Shown piece after piece: positions 27,892 to 36,635 of a stretch of 64,000 nucleotides of DNA. Both the position numbers and the translations under genes were made by a program. The first letter of the stretch is position 1. Each line of letters opens with the position of its first letter. The stretch lies in assembly GCA_963740905.1 (NCBI GenBank), contig CAVUFY010000013.1:264147-328146 (forward strand), read 5' to 3'. Under the pieces are notes generated by a model. That model saw only the letters and a program-made list of their open reading frames with translations. It made no database searches and was not told where the DNA came from. The DNA comes from an uncultured delta proteobacterium (GTDB lineage: Bacteria > Desulfobacterota > DSM-4660 > Desulfatiglandales > HGW-15).

Positions 27892-29238
27892 ATGTCGCAG
27901 TCACGTACGGTAAAAGCCAAAGAAACCGGTGCGCCGGCGGATTTCATCATCCGGGGAGGCATGCTTGTCTCCATGGTGGAGGGAGAACCGCCCCTTGAGG
28001 ACGCCACTGTAATCATCAAAGGGGATCGAATCACTCACATCCGGCAAGGCTCTCCTTTCGACGTTCGGGGTGGTGAAATCATCGATGCCTCGCAATGCAT
28101 CGTTCTGCCGGGGCTAGTGAATGCTCATGGTCATACGGCCATGACGCTTTTCAGGGGATTTGCCGATGATCTCCCTTTAAAGGAATGGCTCTACAAAAAG
28201 ATATTCCCTGCCGAATCCGCTCTTCTCAGCCCGGAAACCGTTTACTGGGGCGCCCTCCTAGGAGCCCTGGAGATGATCGCCTCCGGGACCACGACGGTCT
28301 CGGACGGCTACTTTTACCAAGATGCGACGGCCCGCGCGTTTCAGAAGGCAGGTCTCAGGGCCCTCATCGCACAGGGTGTAATCGATTTTCCCGCTCCAGG
28401 GGTGCCCGATCCCAAAGAGAACCTGCGGACCGGCAGAGAATTTTTGCAGAAATGGAGCGGCAGATCGGACCTCGTGCATCCAGGGCTTTTTTGTCACAGC
28501 CTTACAACCTGCACGGAGAGCACGCTGCAAGGGGCAATGAAGATGTCCATGGAGTTTGGCTCACCTCTTCAAATTCATCTTTCAGAGACGAAAGAGGAGG
28601 TGCATGAAGTTCTGGCCAGAACGGGAAAAAGGCCGGTATCCTACCTTGAAAGCGTTCAGCTGTTATCGAATCGTATGATCGCCGTACACTGTGTTCATCT
28701 CGCTGACGAAGAAATGGAACTCATCGCCCGGAGAGGCGTCGGTGTCGTTCATTGTCCCGAAAGCAATATGAAGCTCGCCTCGGGCCCTGCAAAGATATCC
28801 CGCATGATGGAGAAAGGAGCGCTCGTAGGGCTTGGCACAGATGGTTGTGCTTCCAACAACGACCTTGATCTCTTCCAGGAAATGGACACCGCCGCTAAGC
28901 TCGACAAAGTTTACACCTCAAACCCGATGAACATGCAAGCTTCCACGGTGCTGAAAATGGCCACCTGTTGGGGAGCAAGAGTCCTGGGCCTTGAACGGGA
29001 AATCGGAACAATCGAGGTCGGCAAGAAAGCCGACATCATCGTCGTAGACCTCCAGAGCCCCCACTTGGTCCCTCTCTATCATCCCATATCCACGCTGGTG
29101 TATGCTGCCAGCGGAGGAGATGTGAAGCATGTGATGATCGACGGGAAGATCGTGATGAGAGATCGCAGGATAACCCACGTGGACAGTGCGGAGGTCATGG
29201 CAAAGGTGAAAGAGATCACTGAGAAGATAAGAACCTAA
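27892..29238 (+). CDS. mtaD: Amidohydrolase, 5-methylthioadenosine/S-adenosylhomocysteine deaminase-like
   Basis: LPGLVNAHGHTAMTLFRG...HLSET...HCVH...GTDG. Confidence 0.85.
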   Translation: MSQSRTVKAKETGAPADFIIRGGMLVSMVEGEPPLEDATVIIKGDRITHIRQGSPFDVRGGEIIDASQCIVLPGLVNAHGHTAMTLFRGFADDLPLKEWLYKKIFPAESALLSPETVYWGALLGALEMIASGTTTVSDGYFYQDATARAFQKAGLRALIAQGVIDFPAPGVPDPKENLRTGREFLQKWSGRSDLVHPGLFCHSLTTCTESTLQGAMKMSMEFGSPLQIHLSETKEEVHEVLARTGKRPVSYLESVQLLSNRMIAVHCVHLADEEMELIARRGVGVVHCPESNMKLASGPAKISRMMEKGALVGLGTDGCASNNDLDLFQEMDTAAKLDKVYTSNPMNMQASTVLKMATCWGARVLGLEREIGTIEVGKKADIIVVDLQSPHLVPLYHPISTLVYAASGGDVKHVMIDGKIVMRDRRITHVDSAEVMAKVKEITEKIRT

Positions 29239-29322
29239 ACAATGGACAGAGATGCCATGATGGTGTATAGAAGTCCTTAGACCTTATCATCATCCCCTGA
29301 TGAATGAAGATCTCGGGTGATC

Positions 29323-30750
29323 ATGGAGAGGGTTGTCCCTCTTCCTGCGCGTTTGATTATTTGCAGATCTAATGAGGAGATTATCTTGAAAGCCAAGAGA
29401 CTTTACTACACTTTGGCGCTCATACCCGTTCTCATTATCGTCGGGTTTTTCGCGTGGTTCTTTGCGATGATGTTTGAGGGTGAGGCCCCTTCTTTGCTCC
29501 TCCAGCCTTTGCCGGAGTTTCTTGCCCGGCCTCAAAAGTTTACGCTGAAGATCGAGGACAAGAAGAGGGGCATAAGGTCGCTCAAGGTCTCGATACAGCA
29601 AGGCACCAGAGAGATGACGATCCTTCAAGAAAACTTCCCGTTTCAAGGTTTGTTGAATGCCGAGGGAATTCATGGTTACGGGAAAGAATTCGCCGTTGAT
29701 CCGCAGGCCTTGAAGCTTGCCCAAGGAGAGACGAACCTTCAAGTGCAGGTCTGGGACTACTCGAGGAGAGGGGGAGGGGACGGCAATTCATCGGTGATTC
29801 GCCACAAGATGATCGTGGACACTCTTCCTCCCTCTGTCAGAGCCATCAGCCGCATGCACAATGTCAACGTGGGGGGCAGCGCCCTGATTGTCTATCAAAC
29901 TTCCTCAGACGTTGTGGAGAGCGGTGTCTTTGTGAACGAAATATTTTTTCCTGGCTTCGCTGCTGCGGAAAGTTCGCAGAAGGGAATCCATGATTGCTAT
30001 TTCGCACTTCCGTACAACGTGGAATCCAATCCTAAAATTAGACTTTGGGCCAAAGACAAGGCGGGGAATACGGCGGAAACCTCCTTCTATTACCACATTC
30101 GGAAGAAGATATTTCGGACAGACAAGCTAGAGATTTCGGATCAATTTATCAATCACATCCTGCCTTACTTCGCTTCCTTCTACCCTCTTGACGACCAACA
30201 GAGTTTGATTGGAAAGTTCCTCAAGATCAATCATGAGCTTCGCAAAGAAAACCATGAAATCCTTTACCGGCTCAAGGACAAAACCAGTCCCAAGAGGCTT
30301 TGGGAGGGTACCTGGCTGAGACAGCGGAACGCAGCGAACATGGCTCGATTCGCGGATCATCGTCTTTACTACTATAACGGCCAGCAGGTGGACGAGCAAG
30401 ACCATCTCGGTGTCGATCTGGCCTCCGTGACAAACTCCCCGGTGGAAGCCGCCAACAACGGGCGAATCGTCTATGCGGACCGGCTGGGAATTTACGGTCT
30501 TACTGTTGTGCTCGATCACGGACAAGGCCTGACCTCTCTATACGGACACTTGAGCAAAATCAATGTTTCTCTCGGCCAGGAGGTCAGGAGGGGAGACACT
30601 GTCGGGCTCACCGGCGCTACAGGGTTGGCAGGCGGCGATCACCTGCACTTTGCCGTCATGGTCAGCGGCGTCTATGTTAACCCCATTGAATGGTGGGATG
30701 ATCATTGGATCGAGGACAATGTTTCAAGAAAACTCGGTCTCACTGAATAG
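29323..30750 (+). CDS. M23-family metallopeptidase (membrane-anchored)
   Basis: N-terminal TM helix, then HLGVDLAS...YGHLS...GDHLHFAVMVSGVYVNP. Confidence 0.85.
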   Translation: MERVVPLPARLIICRSNEEIILKAKRLYYTLALIPVLIIVGFFAWFFAMMFEGEAPSLLLQPLPEFLARPQKFTLKIEDKKRGIRSLKVSIQQGTREMTILQENFPFQGLLNAEGIHGYGKEFAVDPQALKLAQGETNLQVQVWDYSRRGGGDGNSSVIRHKMIVDTLPPSVRAISRMHNVNVGGSALIVYQTSSDVVESGVFVNEIFFPGFAAAESSQKGIHDCYFALPYNVESNPKIRLWAKDKAGNTAETSFYYHIRKKIFRTDKLEISDQFINHILPYFASFYPLDDQQSLIGKFLKINHELRKENHEILYRLKDKTSPKRLWEGTWLRQRNAANMARFADHRLYYYNGQQVDEQDHLGVDLASVTNSPVEAANNGRIVYADRLGIYGLTVVLDHGQGLTSLYGHLSKINVSLGQEVRRGDTVGLTGATGLAGGDHLHFAVMVSGVYVNPIEWWDDHWIEDNVSRKLGLTE

Positions 30751-31387
30751 GCTCGGCTTGGAGGACATCAAGCTTTTTTCCAGGGACTCTCTTGCGTCCG
30801 CAGGAAGCAGCCACGGCTGGGACCATACCAAGAGGGTCTACAACCTGTGCATGCGCCTTGCTGAAGCCGAAGGAGCAGACAAAGAAATCCTGGCCATTGC
30901 GGCCTTTCTCCATGATGTGGGCCGACCTTATCAGGACGAATCCAAAGGGGCAATCTGCCATGCGGAAAAAGGAGCAGACATAGCGGAATCGCTGCTTCGC
31001 GCCTATCCGCTGCCCTTGGACAAGAAGCGGAACATTGTTCACTGCATCAGAACCCACAGATTCCGAGGCAGCCACCGGCCTGAGACGCTGGAGGCCAAGG
31101 TCCTTTTCGATGCGGACAAACTCGATGCCATCGGTGCCCTGGGTATCGCAAGGGCTTTTCTGTTTGCCGGAGAGATAGGGGCAAGGCTCCACAATCCCCA
31201 TGCGCGTCCCGAAGAGACGGAACCTTACTCCAAAGAGGACACCGGCTTTCGTGAGTTCAAACTCAAACTATCTAAGATCAAAGATTTGATGACGACGAGT
31301 GAAGGGAAGCGCATCGCTGCGGGTCGTCATGCCTTCATGGAATCCTTTTTCCAGCGTTTTTTGGAAGAATACGAGGGTGAGAAATGA
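30719..31387 (+). CDS. HD-domain phosphohydrolase
   Basis: HGWDHTKRV...AAFLHDVGR...DADKLDAIG. The start is uncertain; the chosen ATG overlaps the M23 gene by about 30 nt. Confidence 0.75.
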   Translation: MFQENSVSLNRLGLEDIKLFSRDSLASAGSSHGWDHTKRVYNLCMRLAEAEGADKEILAIAAFLHDVGRPYQDESKGAICHAEKGADIAESLLRAYPLPLDKKRNIVHCIRTHRFRGSHRPETLEAKVLFDADKLDAIGALGIARAFLFAGEIGARLHNPHARPEETEPYSKEDTGFREFKLKLSKIKDLMTTSEGKRIAAGRHAFMESFFQRFLEEYEGEK

Positions 31388-31390
31388 CCT

Positions 31391-32170
31391 TTACCGGGAG
31401 GTCACAGACTGTCTTTCGACCTTCAGGCGGATGGCTTCGGCCGCTTCCTTGGTAAAGGCTCCGAGGGCTTTCATCCTGGCTTCATCAAGACTCGCCTTGA
31501 ACCCCACGACCCAGATCGCGGACATGCGATGACTTCCCGCCATAATAGGCGCAGCCACAGCCCTCACTCCCGGGATATACTCTTCATCGTCCGTGGCAAA
31601 TCCCCGCTGTTTCACGACTTTCATTTCTTCACAATAACGGTCCAAGTCTGTGATTGTGTTGTCCGTGTATTTGGCCAGCCCCTTCATACGAATCTGCCTC
31701 ACTGCCTGCTCTTCTTCCATCATGGCCAGGAAGACCTTCCCGACAGCGCCCGCAAGGAGAGGGATGTTGGTTCCAATGGGGGAGGTGATTTTCAGGTCTG
31801 TCCTCGGTTCGACAATGTCGAGGATCGTGACGTGATCCCAGTTGAGCACACCTAGAAAAACGGAAGCTTGGGTCTTCTCCATGAGTTCTTCCATGGCGGG
31901 GCGCGCGAGATCCTTCAGGTCAATCTGCGAATAGGCCGTTTTGCCCAGTTCAAACAAGGTAAAACCCAGGGTGTAGCGTTTGGTCATGGGATCCCTTCGC
32001 ACGGCTCCCAACTCTTCCAGCGCGGAAGTCATGCCGTGCACCGTGCTCTTGGCCATGTCCAGTCCCCGGGCGATTTCACTGATGCCCATGCCTTCTTTGA
32101 CTGAGGCGATCAGTTTGAGGACCTCGAAGGCTTTTACGACGGAAGGAGCAGAGTATGCTTTTGCCATCAT
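31391..32170 (-). CDS. IclR-family transcriptional regulator
   Basis: N-terminal wHTH (VVKAFEVLKLI...GISEIARGLDMAKSTVHGM) and a C-terminal IclR effector domain. Confidence 0.88.
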   Translation of the reverse strand: MMAKAYSAPSVVKAFEVLKLIASVKEGMGISEIARGLDMAKSTVHGMTSALEELGAVRRDPMTKRYTLGFTLFELGKTAYSQIDLKDLARPAMEELMEKTQASVFLGVLNWDHVTILDIVEPRTDLKITSPIGTNIPLLAGAVGKVFLAMMEEEQAVRQIRMKGLAKYTDNTITDLDRYCEEMKVVKQRGFATDDEEYIPGVRAVAAPIMAGSHRMSAIWVVGFKASLDEARMKALGAFTKEAAEAIRLKVERQSVTSR

Positions 32171-32297
32171 TGTTCATCCTGTTGAACATTTTTTATAGTC
32201 TACTGCCTTCTCCTGCATATTGTCAATAGCCTTGTGTTGAGAGGTTGCCGCACGTGGGATTCAGGTGGAGCTTTATGTGTGCCTCCCCTATTTTTCC

Positions 32298-32325
32298 TTG
32301 ACAAAGCAGAGAAACCCGATAAGAT
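32298..32325 (+). promoter_or_regulatory. sigma70-type promoter candidate (CTTGACAAAGC...TAAGAT)
   Basis: TTGACA, 16 nt, TAAGAT. It lies in the divergent region between iclR and the membrane Fe-S gene. Confidence 0.35.
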
Positions 32326-32433
32326 ATTCACTGTTTTGGGTTCATAATGATGAACTCCCTTTCGGGACTTCAGTTCCGACGGAGTCGGGAGCTATCTGAA
32401 ATTCGAAGGAGTCGGATTTCAGGGAGGAACGAG

Positions 32434-33492
32434 ATGGATTTTGAAAACCTTGTCGAAGGTCCTTTACTGTGGATTGTTTTTCTCGTCCTCATCATCGCCG
32501 TCCTGGCAAGGCTGAGCTTTTTTTCCTTCAAAATTATCCATGACGCCGACACGGCGCAACCTGGGCGGAGTTCGAAAGCCGCCCTGTTCGGTCGATTCTT
32601 TTTCCCTTTCCATAAGGCATTGGTCAAGAGACCAGCCTATGCTCTCCCACGCTACATTTTTCATTTCTGCCTGTTTGTAGTTCCCCTCTGGTTGGGCGGT
32701 CATGTAGCGCTTTGGGCCGAATCCCGTTTTGAATGGGAGTGGTCTTCCCTGCCCGACCCCGTTGCGGACTGGATGACCATCGCCGTAATGGTCATAGCCG
32801 TGTTCTACGTCATCCGAAAGATCGCGTGGCCCGGTGTAAGACCAGGATCGTTGTCCGACTACCTGATCATCCTCATCGCCGCGCTACCTTTCTTCACCGG
32901 GTACTCTCTTTCTCACGGAACCCTCGACGCTCTGCCTGTGATCGGAGGGCATGTGATGCTCATCCATGTACTGAGCGGTCAGGCGATGATGGTCATGGCA
33001 GCGTTTCTCTTCTGCAGAACACGGCTAAACCCATCGAGATGCACGGGATGTGCTTCCTGCGAATTAAGCTGCCCTACCGGGACTCTCGAATCCAAAGATG
33101 AGGGAAGATTTCGAATTTTCAGTTACTCCCATTATCAATGCATTTGTTGTGGCGCCTGCGTTAACACCTGCCCGGAGAATGCTGCGGAGCTCAGACACGA
33201 AATCAGCCTCAAGGAGTTCTTTCAGGTTATCCCTAAGCAGGAAATCAGATCAGTAGAACTGAAGGCCTGCCAGAAATGCGGCGCTCTTTTCGTGCCCGAG
33301 CCTCTATTGGATAAAATCAACCGGACCTTTTCGGACGACTATCTCTTCTTCTGCCCGAACTGCAGAAAAACCAACCTCCTCAATCTGTACCGCAGGCTGT
33401 CACCCCTGTATACCAAAGAGCCGTCTCCTTCGCATGAGCCTGTGTTACCCGAGACAAAAAACGGCTCTTCCGAAAGACCCGCACACCGCTAG
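32434..33492 (+). CDS. Membrane protein: NarI/DsrM-like 5-TM (putative b-type cytochrome) domain fused to a 2x[4Fe-4S] ferredoxin domain
   Basis: About five hydrophobic helices carry His residues in helices 2 and 5 (FHFCL...GGHVALW; GGHVMLIHV). These are followed by CTGCASCELSCP and CICCGACVNTCP. The start is at MDFENL; the ORF opens at 32347. Confidence 0.7.
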   Translation: MDFENLVEGPLLWIVFLVLIIAVLARLSFFSFKIIHDADTAQPGRSSKAALFGRFFFPFHKALVKRPAYALPRYIFHFCLFVVPLWLGGHVALWAESRFEWEWSSLPDPVADWMTIAVMVIAVFYVIRKIAWPGVRPGSLSDYLIILIAALPFFTGYSLSHGTLDALPVIGGHVMLIHVLSGQAMMVMAAFLFCRTRLNPSRCTGCASCELSCPTGTLESKDEGRFRIFSYSHYQCICCGACVNTCPENAAELRHEISLKEFFQVIPKQEIRSVELKACQKCGALFVPEPLLDKINRTFSDDYLFFCPNCRKTNLLNLYRRLSPLYTKEPSPSHEPVLPETKNGSSERPAHR

Positions 33493-33611
33493 CTGTTCAC
33501 AATAATGAACGAAACGACCAAGGGCTTGTTTCTCCCGATTTTTCTTATATCAAATCAGCCACAACAGGCATTGGCACTCAATCAAATCTTTTTGGACCTG
33601 TTGTTTTTTGC

Positions 33612-33640
33612 TTGACAAAGCCATCTGATCTGTTACGATT
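33612..33640 (+). promoter_or_regulatory. sigma70-type promoter candidate (CTTGACAAAGC...TACGAT)
   Basis: TTGACA, 16 nt, TACGAT. It shares the extended -35 CTTGACAAAGC with the promoter at 32298. Confidence 0.35.
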
Positions 33641-33784
33641 CAATAAGATGTTCAGGGGAATGAACTCACCTGTACAGTGCGATAGGACGAATTGACCTTT
33701 GCTGGTTGGTTCTTTTTCGCAGCAGAAAGATCTGCCGCGACCACATGCTTCCAAGATACACTGGGAACAAGAAAGGAGATCGTT

Positions 33785-34063
33785 ATGGCGCCAGAGAAAG
33801 GAGATCTTTCAACAGCAGAAAGCCTGCGCTCTACCAGGACATACGGCAAATTCCGATGCCACAATCCCACATGCATGGAAAGGCTGGAACCCAAGAAAGG
33901 TGATAAAACCATCAAGTGCCCGTCGTGCGGCATGGAATACCGCGTTGCATGGGTCAAGGATGGACTCCCTCGAATCAGGGGACCGGTCTGGGACGTGAAC
34001 CGAAAAATCGCTGAAGAAGAATTAGCCAGAAAAATGCAGGCTAAGGGGAAGGAGGAGAAGTAA
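33785..34063 (+). CDS. Small zinc-ribbon protein (92 aa), translationally coupled to AOR-2
   Basis: AGGAGAT SD, then MAPEKGD...CHNPTCMERL...CPSCGMEY. Its stop overlaps the AOR-2 start (TAATG). Confidence 0.6.
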   Translation: MAPEKGDLSTAESLRSTRTYGKFRCHNPTCMERLEPKKGDKTIKCPSCGMEYRVAWVKDGLPRIRGPVWDVNRKIAEEELARKMQAKGKEEK

Positions 34064-36003
34064 TGCCTTTAAACAGAAAAATTGCTTATATTGATCTCAC
34101 CACAGGGGACATCCAGATAAAACCTATTCCTATCGAGGTTCGAAAAAAGTTCCTCGGAGGCAGAGGGCTGGACGCCTACCTGCTTTTTAACCACGCCAAA
34201 GAGGGGTGTGATCCCCTCGGCCCGGACAATGCGCTCATGGTGAGCGGCGGATTCCTTTGCGCCACCTGCGCTTCTGCAACGTCCAGGTGCCATGTGATGG
34301 CCAAATCCCCCCTAACCGGACTTTTGGGGAGCTGCAACATGGGCGGTTTTTTTTCTCCTGAAATGGCCTGGGCAGGGTTCCATCATCTGGTAATCACAGG
34401 CAAAGCCAAGCATCCCGTATACATCTATATCCATAACGGCGAAATCGAGATCCGTGACGCCCGCGGCGTGTGGGGCCTGAGTGTGACGGAAGCTCAATGG
34501 GCCATTCGGGATGATCTCGGCGACCAGGAAGTCAAGAGCATGGTCTGCGGCCCTGCCGGCGAGAACCTGGTCCGATACGCCAACGTGATGACCGGGATCA
34601 AAAACTCGGGCGGAAGGACAGGCATGGGCTGCGTCATGGGCTCGAAGAACCTCAAGGCCGTTGCCGCCAGGGGAACCATGGACATCCCCATCGCACACCC
34701 CAAAGAGGCTCTCGAATTCAATAAGCGTTTCATTGAACAGATCACGAGCGCCAAGGTGAACCAGACCCAGGGCACCATCGGTACGCCCTTCATCTGGGGC
34801 GCCACCAACTCCTGGGGAGGAATCCGGTGTAGGAACTTCCAGTTAAACCAGTGCGAATACGCGGATGACGTCGAACCTGAGCATCTCGACGAAATCGCCG
34901 AGGAAACGATCGGACCCTACCACATGACCGGTTGTTTCGGTTGTCAGGTGCACTGCCGGGCTCAGTACAAGATCCCAGATGGTCCCTATGCGGGCAAGTA
35001 TGATGAGGGGCCGGAATATACCTCCCAGGGCGCTTTCTGCGGGGAAACGGACACCCCCAGGGCAACTACTCTGCTGACAGCCAACCACCTTGTGGATCAG
35101 TACGGAGTGGACAACCTTGAAATCGGCAGCATTATCTCCTGGGCCATGGAGCTCTATGAGTTGGGGATACTGACCAGCAAAGACACGGACGGCGTGGATC
35201 TGCGCTTCGGCAATGACGAAGCGGTCATTGAAATGATCCACCGCATTTGCTACAGGAAGGGTTGGCTTGGCGACGCTCTGGCCGACGGAGGTATTCCTGC
35301 TTCGAAGAAGATCGGCAAGAACTCCTTCAGCTATCTGATCCAGGTCAAGGGCATGAGCAACCTTCATTCCGACGAGCGGGCCACGCCGGGCCTTGCGCTC
35401 AACATCGCCACCTCCTCCAGAGGTTCGGACCACCTGCGAAGCCGGCCTGCTATCGACCTTTATCACCTTCCTGAACCGGTCATGCGAAAGATTTACAGCA
35501 GTCCGGTTCCTTACGACGGACCCTTGAGCTCCGAGCATACGGAATATATCGGCAAACCCTGGCAGGTCTTCTGGCATGAAAACTGTTACATGGCCGTGGA
35601 TTGCCTCGGGATCTGCAAATACCACACGACTTTTCTCGGGGCGACCCTTCCCAACTTCGAGGACTGGGCAAAGGTCATTTACTACAATACGGGCCTTCAG
35701 TTTACCCCTCAGGAAATCTGGGAGGTCGCCGAGAGGTGTAACAACATGGAGCGGCTCTTCAACTTGAGGGAAGGGTTGTCCAAGGATGATCCTGAAAAGG
35801 GCGATGTGCTCAACCATCGTTATCACGACGAGCCTTGCAGGCGTGGCGCGCCGGACGTCGTCGGTCGACTCATTGATAAGGACAAGTTCCTGAAGATGAG
35901 GGCTGAGCTTTACGGCCACAAGGGTTGGGATGAAGATGGAATCCCCACACCTGAGACTCTGAAAAGACTCGGCATCGACAACGAGCCGTCACACTTGGTG
36001 TAA
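34063..36003 (+). CDS. aor: Tungsten-type aldehyde:ferredoxin oxidoreductase (AOR family), copy 2
   Basis: IAYIDLTTG...FLGGRGL..., Cys ligand region, and AOR C-terminal domains. At 646 aa it is longer than copy 1. Confidence 0.92.
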   Translation: MPLNRKIAYIDLTTGDIQIKPIPIEVRKKFLGGRGLDAYLLFNHAKEGCDPLGPDNALMVSGGFLCATCASATSRCHVMAKSPLTGLLGSCNMGGFFSPEMAWAGFHHLVITGKAKHPVYIYIHNGEIEIRDARGVWGLSVTEAQWAIRDDLGDQEVKSMVCGPAGENLVRYANVMTGIKNSGGRTGMGCVMGSKNLKAVAARGTMDIPIAHPKEALEFNKRFIEQITSAKVNQTQGTIGTPFIWGATNSWGGIRCRNFQLNQCEYADDVEPEHLDEIAEETIGPYHMTGCFGCQVHCRAQYKIPDGPYAGKYDEGPEYTSQGAFCGETDTPRATTLLTANHLVDQYGVDNLEIGSIISWAMELYELGILTSKDTDGVDLRFGNDEAVIEMIHRICYRKGWLGDALADGGIPASKKIGKNSFSYLIQVKGMSNLHSDERATPGLALNIATSSRGSDHLRSRPAIDLYHLPEPVMRKIYSSPVPYDGPLSSEHTEYIGKPWQVFWHENCYMAVDCLGICKYHTTFLGATLPNFEDWAKVIYYNTGLQFTPQEIWEVAERCNNMERLFNLREGLSKDDPEKGDVLNHRYHDEPCRRGAPDVVGRLIDKDKFLKMRAELYGHKGWDEDGIPTPETLKRLGIDNEPSHLV

Positions 36004-36025
36004 TTTTTGGATGAGGAGGAAACCA

Positions 36026-36523
36026 ATGGCTAAAGTGCTCTATGTTGATTACCAGAAATGCACAGGCTGCAGGCTCTGCGAACTTGTGTGTTCTGTGTTC
36101 CACGACGGCATTTCCAATCCGGCCAGAAGCCGAATCAGGGTCATGAAGTGGGAGCAGGAGGGGCTCTACATCCCCATGTCATGCCAGCAGTGTGTGGACG
36201 CCCCCTGCATGAATGTGTGCCCGGTCAAGGCTATTTCAAGAGATGAGGATATGGCCAGGGTCATGGTGGACTACGATAAATGTATCGGCTGCCGATCCTG
36301 CGTAGCCGTCTGTCCCTTCGGCGCCATGTCCTTCAATCGCATGGACAAGAAGGTGTTCAAGTGCGACGTCTGTGACGGCGATCCCCAGTGCGTCCGCTTC
36401 TGTGACATGAAGGCCGTGGATTATGTCGATGCCGACGAGGTAAGCATTCATAAGAGAAGGGATGCCGCCACAAGAGTATCCCGTGCGGGGAAAGAGGCGG
36501 CCGCCATGGTGGCACAACTCTAA
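36026..36523 (+). CDS. Poly-ferredoxin electron-transfer subunit (4 x [4Fe-4S] motifs, AorA/HybA-like)
   Basis: CTGCRLCELVCS, CQQCVDAPCMNVCP, CIGCRSCVAVCP, CDVCDGDPQCVRFC. Confidence 0.88.
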   Translation: MAKVLYVDYQKCTGCRLCELVCSVFHDGISNPARSRIRVMKWEQEGLYIPMSCQQCVDAPCMNVCPVKAISRDEDMARVMVDYDKCIGCRSCVAVCPFGAMSFNRMDKKVFKCDVCDGDPQCVRFCDMKAVDYVDADEVSIHKRRDAATRVSRAGKEAAAMVAQL

Positions 36524-36635
36524 CGCCATCACACAGTCAAATCAGAGAGGTTTCCGGTCGCCGGCTGGGAACCTCTTTTTCGACCGTTACATCTCGCAGG
36601 GCCCTTTGAGAGGCAGGGTTTTTTGAGAGGCGGCC